The notes beneath the pieces are model-generated. The model was not told where the DNA came from, did no database searches, and worked only from the letters and a program-made list of their open reading frames with translations. 55,410 nt of DNA from Thermoplasmata archaeon (GTDB lineage Archaea; Thermoplasmatota; Thermoplasmata; Lutacidiplasmatales; UBA184): NCBI GenBank assembly GCA_037916495.1, contig JBAIXP010000077.1, forward strand, positions 1-55,410, read 5' to 3'. Position numbers and translations under genes: made by a program. How positions within the stretch are numbered: position 1 is the first letter of the stretch; each line of letters starts with the position of its first letter. Below are positions 43,316-52,922 of the stretch, piece after piece.

Positions 43316-44182
43316 GTGGCGCTCGAGCGGCCGGTGCGCGATCTGTTGGTCGCGGGTCACGTCAACATCGACCGCCACCTGGTCGTCCCGCGTTTTCCGG
43401 GCCCGGACCGGACGGAGCCGGTCCTCGCGGAGCGGGAGGAGCTCGGCGGGACCGCGACGACCCTGGCCCGCGTCGCCTCCCGACTGGGGGTGCGGACCGG
43501 GATCCTCGCGCGGGTCGGGGGGTCGTTCCCGGAGGCGTACGTGCGCACGCTCCGCTCGGAGGGGATCGACCTGCGCGGGCTCACGGTCGTTCGGAACGCT
43601 CCGACGCCGTGTTGCACGATCCTCGCGGACCCGCACGGAGCGACCCGGATCGTCATCCAGCAGGGGCCGATGGGGGACGGCCGGCGGGCGCCGCTCCCCG
43701 GGACATGGGGCCGGGAATACTCCTGGGTCCACCTCGCGACGGGGGACCCGGACTACCACCTTGCCGTCGCCCGCTGGGCGCGGTCGGCCGGCCTCCACGT
43801 GGCGGTCGACCCCGCCCAGGAGATCTTCTACCGGTGGGACCGCACCAGGTTCCTCAAGATCCTCCGCTCGGCCGAGGCGCTCTTCGGCAACCGCCGCGAG
43901 ATCGACCGGGCGGTCCGCTTCGCGGGCGGGGGCGTCGCGGGCCTGCTCGCCCGCGTTCCGCTCATCGTCCGCACCGACGGCCCGGAAGGCGCGACGGCCG
44001 TCTCGCGCGCCGGGACCGTGCGGGTCCGGGCCCCGCGTCCGCGTCGGGTCCGCACGCTGGTCGGGGCGGGTGACGCTTTCCGGGGCGGCTTCTACGCGGC
44101 GTGGTTCGAGGGTGCGCCGCTCCGAAGGTGCCTCGATGCCGGCTGCGCTTCGGCACGCCTGCGGATCGAGAGCGGACCGTAG
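43316..44182 (+). CDS. PfkB-family sugar/nucleoside kinase
   Basis: Ribokinase-like pattern with C-terminal GAGDAFRGGF. 288 aa. Confidence 0.8.
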   Translation: MALERPVRDLLVAGHVNIDRHLVVPRFPGPDRTEPVLAEREELGGTATTLARVASRLGVRTGILARVGGSFPEAYVRTLRSEGIDLRGLTVVRNAPTPCCTILADPHGATRIVIQQGPMGDGRRAPLPGTWGREYSWVHLATGDPDYHLAVARWARSAGLHVAVDPAQEIFYRWDRTRFLKILRSAEALFGNRREIDRAVRFAGGGVAGLLARVPLIVRTDGPEGATAVSRAGTVRVRAPRPRRVRTLVGAGDAFRGGFYAAWFEGAPLRRCLDAGCASARLRIESGP

Positions 44183-44194
44183 GGGGACGGGACC

Positions 44195-45448
44195 GTGCGG
44201 ATGCATGCGTTCGGCCGCCTCCTCCCGATCGCGACCGCCCGGGCCCGGCTCGAGCGAGCCGTGACCCCTGTCGTCCGGACGGAGCGGGTCAAGCTTTCCC
44301 TCGCGGCCGGGCGCGTCGCCGCTCGGACGGTGCGGGCGCCTCGGCCCGTACCTCCGGTCGACCGCGCGTCGTGGGACGGCTACGCGGTGCGGAGCGCGGA
44401 CACGGTCGGCGCGTCCCGCGGTCGGCCGATCTCGTTGCGTCTCGTGGAGGAGCTCTACGCCGAGGACTCCTCACGCCGACGGGTGGGCGCCGGGGAAACG
44501 GTCGCGGTCGCTACCGGCGCCTCGCTCCCGCCCGGCACCGACGCGGTCGCGATCTTCGAGGAGGTCGTGAAGCGGGGCCGGTCCGTCCGTCTCTTCCACC
44601 CGGTCCGTCCCGGCGAAAGGATCGCGAAGGCCGGCCACGACCTCGCCGCGGGCACGGTGCTCGTCCGCGCGGGCGAGCCGGTCGGGCCGGCGACGGTCGG
44701 GGCGCTCGCCGCCTGCGGCGTCGCGTCGCTCGAGGTCTACGCGCGCCCCGTGGTCGCCCTGGTGGCCAGCGGCAACGAGCTCAAGCTGCCGGGGGAGCGC
44801 CTCGGGCTCGGCGGGGTCTACGAGTGCAATCTCCCGTCGATCGCGGCGGTGGTGGCTGCGGCGGGGGGCGTTCCGCGCATCCTTCCCCCGGTGCCGGACG
44901 ACCCCCGGAAGATCGAGGCCGTGCTCCGACGGGCGCTCCGGAGCGCCGACATGGTCGTGGCGAGCGGAGGGAGCTCGGTCGGCGAGCGCGACCATCTCCC
45001 GAGGATCTTCCCGAAGCTCGGTTCGCTCCTCTTCCACGGGCTCGCCGTGCGGCCGGGAAAGCCGACGCTCGCCGCGCGCGCCGGCCCCAAGGTCCTCCTG
45101 GGGCTGCCGGGGCACCCCGCGTCGTGCCTGTCGAACATGTACTGGCTGGTGCTCCCGGCCCTCCGCCGCCTTGCCCGTCAGCCGGGGCCCGGCTGGACGG
45201 AGCGGGACGCGGTGCTCACGGGACCGGACCTCGCGCGGACCCCGGGGCTCGCGACGGTCGTGCCGCTCGAGCGGACGGGCGACCGGGTCCGGACGACGTT
45301 CCGGGGTTCGTCGGCGATCACGAGCCTCCGCGCCGCGACCGGGTTCGTCATCCTTCCCCCGGGATCGGGGGCGGTCCGGGCCGGCGCTCGCCTCCGCGTC
45401 GCGGACCTCGACCTCGCGAGCCTGCGGGGCGGCGCGCCAAGCAGTTAA
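44195..45448 (+). CDS. moeA: Molybdopterin molybdenumtransferase MoeA
   Basis: S.WDGYAVRS.D, TGA.LP.G.DAV, GEP.GPA..G.LA..G, SGGSSVGE.D and LPG.P.S. Confidence 0.88.
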   Translation: MRMHAFGRLLPIATARARLERAVTPVVRTERVKLSLAAGRVAARTVRAPRPVPPVDRASWDGYAVRSADTVGASRGRPISLRLVEELYAEDSSRRRVGAGETVAVATGASLPPGTDAVAIFEEVVKRGRSVRLFHPVRPGERIAKAGHDLAAGTVLVRAGEPVGPATVGALAACGVASLEVYARPVVALVASGNELKLPGERLGLGGVYECNLPSIAAVVAAAGGVPRILPPVPDDPRKIEAVLRRALRSADMVVASGGSSVGERDHLPRIFPKLGSLLFHGLAVRPGKPTLAARAGPKVLLGLPGHPASCLSNMYWLVLPALRRLARQPGPGWTERDAVLTGPDLARTPGLATVVPLERTGDRVRTTFRGSSAITSLRAATGFVILPPGSGAVRAGARLRVADLDLASLRGGAPSS

Positions 45449-45470
45449 GCGCGACCTTCGTCCGCTCTCC

Positions 45471-46304
45471 GTGGCCCGTCGAAAGCTCCCGATCGCGATC
45501 CTCTCCATCGAGGGCACGAACTGCGACCGCGAGCTCGCGGTCGCGCTCCGGGCCCTCGGCACGGCCCCCGAGGTCGTCCGCTTGAAGCAGCTCGCGGGGG
45601 ACGACGTGCCGCGCGCGGAGCGTCGGCGCCTCGGGGACTACGCGGCCCTCTTCCTTCCCGGGGGGTTCTCGGCCGGCGACTACGTCCGCGCCGGCGCGAT
45701 CCTGGCCGCCCGGACCCGGGCCGCGATCGGCCCCGAGCTCGAGGAGTTCGTCCGCTCCGGCCGGCTCGTCGCCGGGATCTGCAACGGCTTCCAGGTCGCC
45801 ATCGAGCTCGGCCTCTTGCCGGGTCGGGAGGACGGACGCCTCGGGCCCGCGGAGGCCGCGCTGATCACGAACGATTCCGGTCGGTTCGAGTGCCGCCCGA
45901 CCTTCGTCGCCTGGCCGGGCGGCCGGTTCCGGCCGCTCCGCGACCTCCCCGTGGGGACGAGGTTCCTTTTCCCCTCGGCGCACGGCGAAGGGAAGCTCGT
46001 CCTCGGCGGGGACGGGGCGGCGCGCCGAAAGGAGCTCGAGGACGCCGGTCAGGTCCTCTTCCGCTGGGTCGCCCCGGACGGTGGGCCCCCAGCGTACCCG
46101 TGGAATCCGAACGGCTCCGAGGGGGACATCGCGGGGCTCACGAACCCCGGCGGGAACGTCTTTGGCCTGATGCCGCACCCGGAGCGGTCGTTCTTCCGCC
46201 GGCAGGCGCCGGACTGGACGCGGACGGGCTCCTCCCGGGGGTTCGGCGACGGGCACCGCTTCCTCGCGGCGGTCGTCCGCCACGCCGAGCGAGCGGCGGC
46301 CTAG
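45471..46304 (+). CDS. purQ: Phosphoribosylformylglycinamidine synthase subunit I (glutaminase)
   Basis: IAILSIEGTNCDRE, LPGGFSAGDY, GICNGFQ (nucleophile Cys), SAHGEG, NPNGS and GLMPHPER. GTG 45471 is in frame within track ORF 45171..46304. Confidence 0.85.
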   Translation: MARRKLPIAILSIEGTNCDRELAVALRALGTAPEVVRLKQLAGDDVPRAERRRLGDYAALFLPGGFSAGDYVRAGAILAARTRAAIGPELEEFVRSGRLVAGICNGFQVAIELGLLPGREDGRLGPAEAALITNDSGRFECRPTFVAWPGGRFRPLRDLPVGTRFLFPSAHGEGKLVLGGDGAARRKELEDAGQVLFRWVAPDGGPPAYPWNPNGSEGDIAGLTNPGGNVFGLMPHPERSFFRRQAPDWTRTGSSRGFGDGHRFLAAVVRHAERAAA

Positions 46305-46896
46305 CCGACAACCTCCGGCTCGGGGCGCCGAGCCGAAGCACGAAGAGGACCTCGCCCGGGAGCGCCCGGCGGGCGATCCGGCGGACCGTCCCTCCGCGTG
46401 CGCGCCAAGCCCGGAGCGCTCGCGCGAGGGCTTCGGGTCGCTGCAGGGAGGAGACGAGGACGTAGCCGGCCCCTCCCGGCACGAGGTGCTCCGGAAGGGT
46501 CCTAAGGATCCGGCGGAGCGGGCCGCAGCCGTCCGGCCCTCCGTCCAGCGCGAGGTTCACCCACGGGTCGGGGTCGCGCTCGGCGACCGACGTCGGGAGG
46601 TACGGCGGGTTCGCGAGGATGCGGTCGAACCGTCCTAGGCCGCGGGCAAGGTCGGTGCGGACGAGCTCGAGCCGACCGAGGGCCGGACCGGCCCGCGCGC
46701 GTACGGCCCGGAGGGCGTCCGGGTTGAGGTCCGTCGCTACGACGCGGCTGCCCGAGCGGGCCGCCTCGAGCGCGAGCCGGCCGTTGCCGGTGCCGAGGTC
46801 GAGGACCCGGCGGCCCGGGCCGGCCCGTGCGAACGGTACGAGGAGGAGGGTGTCCTCGCGCTCGGGGTAGACCGGCCGGGGCTCGTGCGACGCCAT
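46138..46896 (-). CDS. HemK2/Mtq2-type N5-glutamine methyltransferase with an approximately 62-aa Arg/Pro/Ser-rich tail
   Basis: VYPEREDTLLL, VLDLGTGNG (motif I), NPPY (motif IV). Recognisable homology ends at about 46326. The tail is antisense to the purQ 3' end. Confidence 0.75.
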   Translation of the reverse strand: MASHEPRPVYPEREDTLLLVPFARAGPGRRVLDLGTGNGRLALEAARSGSRVVATDLNPDALRAVRARAGPALGRLELVRTDLARGLGRFDRILANPPYLPTSVAERDPDPWVNLALDGGPDGCGPLRRILRTLPEHLVPGGAGYVLVSSLQRPEALARALRAWRARGGTVRRIARRALPGEVLFVLRLGAPSRRLSARPPLARRGGRPPRGSGARRRTPGRSPSASSPAPAGGRTTAPGAASGQRRSRRGS

Positions 46897-46998
46897 GTCA
46901 CCCGCTTGCGAGGGAAAGTGCGCCCGGCCCGGTGGCCGGGAGATGCGCTCTTATTCGCAGGGTCCCTAATGAGGGCGACCCCCGGTTCAACGCACGAA

Positions 46999-47556
46999 AT
47001 GCCACGGCGTCTTGCTCCCCCTGTGAAGATCGGCATCACCGGCATGCCCGGCGCCGGCAAGACCCAGACGCTGTTGCGGATCATCCAGCTCCTCGAGGAG
47101 GAAGGGGTGAAGGTCGGGGGAATGGTGACGGAACCGATCGTCGAGAAGCACCACCGCGCCGGCTTCCAGATCACCAACTGGCTCACGAAGGAGCACGAGG
47201 TCTTCGCCCACGAGACGCTGAAGTCGAGAGTCCGCTCGGGCCGGTACGGGATCAACGTCGCGGCGCTCGAGGGGATCGGGACGAAATCGCTCGAGGACGC
47301 CCGGGCCTCGGCCGACGTGATCGTGATCGACGAGGTCGGCAAGATGGACGTCGACAGCGAGGCGTTCACCAAGAGCGTCATCGACACCCTGGACGCGCCG
47401 AAGTCGATCGTCATGACCCTCCACAAGAAGTCCAGGAACCCTCTCCTCCAGGATATCCGTCGGAGGGACGAGCTACGACTCCTCGAGGTAACGCCGGTCA
47501 ACAAGAACCTCCTCGCGTTCAAGATCGTCCACCTGATCACCGGCCGGTCGCACTGA
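46999..47556 (+). CDS. Nucleoside-triphosphatase THEP1 family (COG1618)
   Basis: KIGITGMPGAGKT (Walker A), VIVIDEVGKM (Walker B), 185 aa. ATG 46999 is in frame within track ORF 46885..47556. Confidence 0.8.
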   Translation: MPRRLAPPVKIGITGMPGAGKTQTLLRIIQLLEEEGVKVGGMVTEPIVEKHHRAGFQITNWLTKEHEVFAHETLKSRVRSGRYGINVAALEGIGTKSLEDARASADVIVIDEVGKMDVDSEAFTKSVIDTLDAPKSIVMTLHKKSRNPLLQDIRRRDELRLLEVTPVNKNLLAFKIVHLITGRSH

Positions 47557-48641
47557 CCCTCCTCACCGAGGGGGCGACCGGGTTCCTCGGTCCGGAGACG
47601 CTCGACAGGCCCGGCCCGCGGGCGCGGGCCGAACCGTTCTACAACCCGGCGATGGCGCTCGACCGGGACGTGGCGGTGGCGGTTGCCCGCGCCGTCCTCC
47701 CCGCCGACGGGCCGAAGGCCCGGGGCTGGGAGACGAACGCCGCGACCGGCGTGCGCGGCCTTCGGCTCTTGAACGAGAGCGGCCGGTTCGCGTCGTTCCG
47801 ATTGAGCGAAGCCGGCGACCGGTCGTTCCCGGTCCTCGCCGCGAACGCCGCGAGGTTCGCGGGGGCCACGGCCGTCCACGAGGATGCCCGCGAGCTCCCC
47901 GAGGGGCTCGGCCGGTCGGCGGATTGGGTCGACCTCGACCCGTACGGCTCGCCGCTCCCGTTCCTCGTTCCCGGTCTTGCGGCGGTGCGGGACGGTGGGG
48001 TCCTCGCCGCCACGGCGACCGACCTAGTCGTGCTCGCAGGGGCGCACCCGAAGGAGACGCGGCGGATCTACGGTTCCGAGCCCGTTCGGGGCCGGCTAGG
48101 GCCCGAGGGGGGCCTTCGCATCCTGCTCGCCCGGCTCGCGGACGCCGCGCGGAAGGACGGGCGTTCAGCCCACCTCCTCCTGGCCTATGTGGAGGGCCAC
48201 CACGTCCGAGCCTACGTCCGGCTCCGCGGCCCCGACAGCCCGCCCGACCCCGTCGGCCTCCTGGACCCCGCTACCTTTGACGGACCCGAGCTCGGCACGG
48301 ACCGGCTCGTCGGCCCGCTCTGGCTCGGCCCGCTCGCCGACCCGGAGACACTCGCCCGCCTCGAGGTGCCGACGACAGCGGCCCGGCCCCGGGAGCTTTC
48401 GCGCCTGTTCGGCCTCTGGCGGGAGGAGACCGCGATCGCCCGTCCGTTCTTCTTCGAGCCGAACCGGCTCGCCTCCGCCCTCGGCCTCGCCGAACCCCCC
48501 GCCCTCGCGGCGTTCCTCGAGGCGCTGCGGGGCGCCGGGTACCGGGCCTGCCGCACCCACCTCCGCCCCGAGGGGTTCAAGACCGACGCCCCTCGAGCGA
48601 TGGTCGAACGGCTCGCCCGCTCGCTGGGCGGCCCGCGTTGA
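47553..48641 (+). CDS. trm1: tRNA (guanine26-N2)-dimethyltransferase Trm1. The start codon is unresolved and the coordinate given is an in-frame CTG.
   Basis: LTEG.....P, FYNPAMALDRD, E.NAATG.RGLR and DLDPYGSP. Homology begins immediately after the upstream stop, and there is no ATG/GTG/TTG before the FYNP motif. Confidence 0.75.
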   Translation: MTLLTEGATGFLGPETLDRPGPRARAEPFYNPAMALDRDVAVAVARAVLPADGPKARGWETNAATGVRGLRLLNESGRFASFRLSEAGDRSFPVLAANAARFAGATAVHEDARELPEGLGRSADWVDLDPYGSPLPFLVPGLAAVRDGGVLAATATDLVVLAGAHPKETRRIYGSEPVRGRLGPEGGLRILLARLADAARKDGRSAHLLLAYVEGHHVRAYVRLRGPDSPPDPVGLLDPATFDGPELGTDRLVGPLWLGPLADPETLARLEVPTTAARPRELSRLFGLWREETAIARPFFFEPNRLASALGLAEPPALAAFLEALRGAGYRACRTHLRPEGFKTDAPRAMVERLARSLGGPR

Positions 48642-48666
48642 TGCCGGGAGCCCGACCGCCGCCCGC

Positions 48667-51513
48667 TCAGTCCCAGAACGCCCGGGTCCGGGCGTAGTCC
48701 CGCTCGGCCCGCAACAGCTCGGTGAGGAACGCCTCCTCGCTGCGGAACGACCGGGCCAGGAGCCGGCGGGCGGTCTCGGGCCCGACCCCCCGCGCGGCGA
48801 GCGCGAGGAGGGCCCGTTCGCCGTGGTGGGCGAGGAGCTCGGCGGACGTGTAGCCGGTCCGTACGAGGGCCTCGGTCTCGGGCGTCGGGGCCCGGGGGCG
48901 CCGGATCGGGGCCTTCGCGTGGCGCCGTCCGGCGTTCCACTTCCCCCGCGCGTACCGGCTCAGCTTCTCGATCTCCGCCTCCCGCCGGGGCGAGAGGACC
49001 GCCGAGAGCGCGCCGCGGCAGAGCTGGCAGAGGCTTCCGCCCTCGGCCCGGTAGCGCGAGGCGTTGGTCGTGCGGATGAAGCCGCAGCGCATGCAAACGA
49101 GCACGAGCGGCTCCTTCTCGAGCCGGTCGCGGATCGCGCGGAGGAGGGTGGGGGGCGGGACGTCGGGGACCGCGCGCCACTTGAGCCGCTCGAGCGGCGC
49201 GTCAGAAAGGCGTCCCCGCACTCCCGGGACGACCCGGATCGTTCCCGCGGCGATCCGCGCGAGGACCTCCTCGGCCTGCGGGACGTCGTAGCGGTCGTGG
49301 AGCGTCTTCTCGAGGACCTCCTCCCCGAGGGGCGTCGTGCGGCTCGTCTCGAGGAGCGGCTCGAGGGTCCTCAGGTCCTTGAGGTCGGCCGACGGAGGGA
49401 GGACCCCGAGCTTGCGGGCAACGTTGAGGAAGATCCAGCGGTAGTCGAGCCCCGCGGGGACGAGCCGCTCGACGAGCGGGGCGAGGCTCGAGGGATCGAG
49501 CGCGAACGCGTCCGCGAGCACCGACGCGTCGACCGCCACGGGAAGCTCGAGGACGAACCAGGTCGGCTCGACGGCGGCGACCGTCACCCGGGCGCCGAGC
49601 CGCGCGGTGAGGAGTCCCGCCACGGCGAGCGAGAGCGTCTCGTTCGTCCGCGTCCCGAAGCAGGCCCCGACGACGACCAGGCGGCCGTTCGGCGTGACCG
49701 TGATGGTCTCGTCGGTCGCGACGGGACCGGCCGCGGCCGCCTCCTTGCGCCGCTCCTCGAGGAACCGCTGGTCCTCGCCGGGGATCGGGTAGGTCTCCCA
49801 GCCGCCGAGGCGGCGCACCCGGCCGATCTCCTGGGCGACGTCGAACGGCACGGGGATGTCCTCCCCCGCCCAGCGCGGCTCCTGGCCGATCTCCTGCACG
49901 CCCTCGACCAGGAGCTCGTCGTCCCGGTACTCGACGACCTTCCAGGTCCGGCCGTGGAGGAGGAAGATCTCGTCCGGCTGGGCGAGGATCTGGGTGAGGA
50001 CGAACCGCTCGTCGAGCGTGCCGATGAGCTTCCTCGTCGCGAGGTCGCGGAGCTTGTAGCTCCGCTCGTCCGGGATGAGCGAGAGCGACGCGTAGAACCT
50101 CCTGAGGGTCGCGCGTCCCGCGCCGACCCGCGCACCGTCCGTCCGCACGAGCGCGAGGCCCGCGAGGTAGTCGAGGAGCGCGTCCCATTCCGAGGGCGCG
50201 AGGTCCTGCACGGGGGCCGCTCGGGCGAGCTTCTCGACCAGGCCCGAGCGGTCGACCGAGCCGTGCGCACGCAGCTCGGCGACGATCTGCTGAGCGGCGG
50301 CGAGCCGGTTGCGCGTGCGCCCGCGCACCGGCTCGACCAGGCCGGCGTCCGCTCTCCGGGCGAGGACCGCCGCCTCCTCAAGATCGTCCTCGTCCAGGGC
50401 GAGGACGCTGCCGTGGATCGTGCGATCGAGGCGGTGGCCGGAGCGCCCGACCCGCTGGACGAGCCGGCCGACCTGGTGGGGCGAGCCGAACTGGACCACG
50501 TGGTCGATCGCGCCGATGTCGATCCCGAGCTCGAGGGACGACGTCGCGACCAGGCCCCGGAGCTTCCCCTCGCGGAACTGCCGCTCCGCTTCCTCACGGA
50601 CCTCCCGTGAGAGCGACCCGTGATGGACGGCGATCGGAAGGTCGGGCGCGAGCCGCGTGAGGCGGGCCGCGAGCCCCTCGGCGGTCGGGCGGGTATTGAC
50701 GAAGACGAGGGTGGTCCGGTGCTCCCGGATCTCGCCGGCGACCTCGAGGACCCCCCGGAGGAGCGTCGGGTCGGCACGTAACTCGCTCACGAGCTCCGGC
50801 GCGATCGTCTCCACCTGTGCGGTGGGGCGGTGGGCGACGAGCTCGAGCGGCCGTCGGGAGGTCGCGGACCGGACGGCGATCGTCCGGGGCTCGGGGGCGA
50901 GGAAGCGGGCGACCTCCTCGGGATTGCCGACGGTCGCGGAGAGGCCGATCCGGCGGACCCGGCGCCCCGCCAGCGCGTCAAGGCGTTCGAGGGAAAGTGC
51001 GAGCTGCGCCCCCCGGTCCGAGCCGATCAGCTCGTGCACCTCGTCGACGATCACCGTCCGAACGTTCGCAAGGGCGACGCGAAGGCGCGTTCCGATCAGA
51101 AGGAGCTGGAGGGTCTCCGGGGTCGTGAGCAGAAGGTCGGGGGGGCGGCGCGACTGGGCGAGACGGGCCGAGGGCGGAGTATCGCCGTGGCGCACGGCGG
51201 CGGTGAGCCCCACCTCCCGGGCGAGGGCGACCAGACGGTGCTCGAGGTCCCGGTTGAGGGCCCGAAGGGGCGTGATGTAGAGCAGCGCGATCGGCGGCGT
51301 CGGCTCGCTCAGCCGGGCGGAGAGCACGGGAAGGAGCGCCGCCTCGGTCTTCCCTGTCCCGGTCGGCGAGAGGAGCAGGGCGTCCGAGCCCCCCGCGAGC
51401 ACGGGAAAGGCGAGCGATTGGATCTCGGTGGGACCCTCCCACCCCCACGATGCCACGGTCGCGACCAGGCGGGGGTCCACCCCCGGCAGGCCCGTCGCGA
51501 GAGCTCCTTCCAT
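48667..51513 (-). CDS. lhr: Lhr-type superfamily 2 DNA helicase (DEVH box)
   Basis: PTEIQ, SPTGTGKT, VIVDEVH, LSAT and HHGSLS.E.R. Long C-terminal region with a CxxC...CxxC zinc ribbon (CMRCG...CQLC). 948 aa. Confidence 0.85.
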   Translation of the reverse strand: MEGALATGLPGVDPRLVATVASWGWEGPTEIQSLAFPVLAGGSDALLLSPTGTGKTEAALLPVLSARLSEPTPPIALLYITPLRALNRDLEHRLVALAREVGLTAAVRHGDTPPSARLAQSRRPPDLLLTTPETLQLLLIGTRLRVALANVRTVIVDEVHELIGSDRGAQLALSLERLDALAGRRVRRIGLSATVGNPEEVARFLAPEPRTIAVRSATSRRPLELVAHRPTAQVETIAPELVSELRADPTLLRGVLEVAGEIREHRTTLVFVNTRPTAEGLAARLTRLAPDLPIAVHHGSLSREVREEAERQFREGKLRGLVATSSLELGIDIGAIDHVVQFGSPHQVGRLVQRVGRSGHRLDRTIHGSVLALDEDDLEEAAVLARRADAGLVEPVRGRTRNRLAAAQQIVAELRAHGSVDRSGLVEKLARAAPVQDLAPSEWDALLDYLAGLALVRTDGARVGAGRATLRRFYASLSLIPDERSYKLRDLATRKLIGTLDERFVLTQILAQPDEIFLLHGRTWKVVEYRDDELLVEGVQEIGQEPRWAGEDIPVPFDVAQEIGRVRRLGGWETYPIPGEDQRFLEERRKEAAAAGPVATDETITVTPNGRLVVVGACFGTRTNETLSLAVAGLLTARLGARVTVAAVEPTWFVLELPVAVDASVLADAFALDPSSLAPLVERLVPAGLDYRWIFLNVARKLGVLPPSADLKDLRTLEPLLETSRTTPLGEEVLEKTLHDRYDVPQAEEVLARIAAGTIRVVPGVRGRLSDAPLERLKWRAVPDVPPPTLLRAIRDRLEKEPLVLVCMRCGFIRTTNASRYRAEGGSLCQLCRGALSAVLSPRREAEIEKLSRYARGKWNAGRRHAKAPIRRPRAPTPETEALVRTGYTSAELLAHHGERALLALAARGVGPETARRLLARSFRSEEAFLTELLRAERDYARTRAFWD

Positions 51514-51564
51514 GGGTCCCGGGCGGGTCTAGGCCGGGTGGCGGGAAATAGGTCCGGCCGGCCG

Positions 51565-52002
51565 CTACGGGTGGGCGCCGGGCTCGAGGTCGAGCATCCT
51601 CAGGCCGACGCTCTCGACCATCGGGCGGCCGAAGGCGCGACCGGGGAACGTGTCGACGGAGATCTCCTGGAGGACCTTCACCGTCGCGCGCAGGAGATGG
51701 CCCCCCACCAGCCGGTGGTCCGGCCCGGCGAGGCCCGCGTGAAGGTGGATCGACGGCTGGCCGTCCGCCTCGGCGATCGTCCCGTGGAGCGCGACGACCT
51801 CGTGCGGCACGTCCACCTCGTGGGGGCGGTAGGAGCTCCCGTCCCAGTAGCCGAGGGTCGCCCGCGCGAACATCCCGATCCCGAAGCCGACCGTCGCGGC
51901 GCGGATCCGTTCCTTCCGCGCGAACTCCGCCAGCGCTCCGAAGAGATCGTCGCCCTCGTTCAACCGGACCGCCCAGTGGGTCCCCTCGCGCACCGCCTGC
52001 AT
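51565..52002 (-). CDS. PPC (DUF296) domain protein
   Basis: L.EGDDL...L.EFA....I.AA...GIG......LGYWD......H.......E...L.G.I......P..HLH is a PPC-domain-like pattern. ATG 52002 is in frame within track ORF 51565..52176. Confidence 0.65.
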   Translation of the reverse strand: MQAVREGTHWAVRLNEGDDLFGALAEFARKERIRAATVGFGIGMFARATLGYWDGSSYRPHEVDVPHEVVALHGTIAEADGQPSIHLHAGLAGPDHRLVGGHLLRATVKVLQEISVDTFPGRAFGRPMVESVGLRMLDLEPGAHP

Positions 52003-52094
52003 CGAAGGAGGCCGACCGTCCCGCCCCTCTTGGGGATTTCCGCGGCCGCCGACGCAAACGGTAAGGGACGGAGGCCCGTCGGAACCGGCGGGCG

Positions 52095-52922
52095 ATGACC
52101 GTACCGGCCGACGCGCGCACCGCACGTTCCGGGCCGGAGGTGGTCGCCCGCCTCCGCGACGGTGGGCCCGCCGCAATCGCCCTCTCGGGGGGCGTCGACT
52201 CGGGCCTGGTCGCCTCGCTCGCCCGCGAGGCTCTCGGGGACCGCGCGGTAGCGATCACGCTCGCCGGGAGCTCCGTGAGCGCGCGGGAGATCGCACGCGC
52301 CCGCGAGGTCGCGGCCGCCGTCGGGATCGAGCACGTCGTCCTCGCGGTCGACCCGCTCGCGTCCGAGGCGTACCGGGCGAACGGGGCGGACCGGTGCTAC
52401 CACTGCCGGACGGTCGAGGGCCGGGCCGTCCGCGACGAGGCGGACCGGCGCGGGATCCGACAGCTCCTGGACGGCCTCCACGTCGACGACCTCGCGGAGG
52501 AGCGGCCCGGGGTGCGGGCGATGGACGAGGCCGGGTTCTTCCATCCGCTTCTCTGGGCCGGCTGGACGAAGGAGGTGGTGCGACGGACCGCGCGGGAGCG
52601 CGGCCTCCCGAACTGGGACCGGCCGTCGGACGCCTGCCTCGCCTCGCGGGTGGCGCGGGGGAGCCCGATCACGGACGGCCTGCTCCGGCGGATCGAGGCG
52701 GCCGAGTCGGTCCTGCTCGAGCGGGGTTTCCGCCGGGTCCGGGTGAGGGTCGAGGGGGAGGCCGCGCGCATCGAGGTCGACCCTTCCGAACTCTCCCGCC
52801 TGGTCGACGGACCGCTCCGCGCGGAGATCACTTCCCGCTTGCGCGCGCTCGGCTTTAGGTCGGTCGCCGTCGACCCTCGGGGGTACCGGGGCGGGGCGCT
52901 CGCCCTCCCGGTGGTCCGATGA
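52095..52922 (+). CDS. larE: PP-loop ATP pyrophosphatase of the LarE/TIGR00268 family
   Basis: AIALSGGVDS (PP-loop), CYHC, and SDACLASR (the conserved LarE cysteine context). Confidence 0.75.
   Translation: MTVPADARTARSGPEVVARLRDGGPAAIALSGGVDSGLVASLAREALGDRAVAITLAGSSVSAREIARAREVAAAVGIEHVVLAVDPLASEAYRANGADRCYHCRTVEGRAVRDEADRRGIRQLLDGLHVDDLAEERPGVRAMDEAGFFHPLLWAGWTKEVVRRTARERGLPNWDRPSDACLASRVARGSPITDGLLRRIEAAESVLLERGFRRVRVRVEGEAARIEVDPSELSRLVDGPLRAEITSRLRALGFRSVAVDPRGYRGGALALPVVR

Noticed and set aside
48187-50610. 807-aa plus-strand ORF
   Set aside because: It is out of frame with the trm1 end and antisense to lhr.
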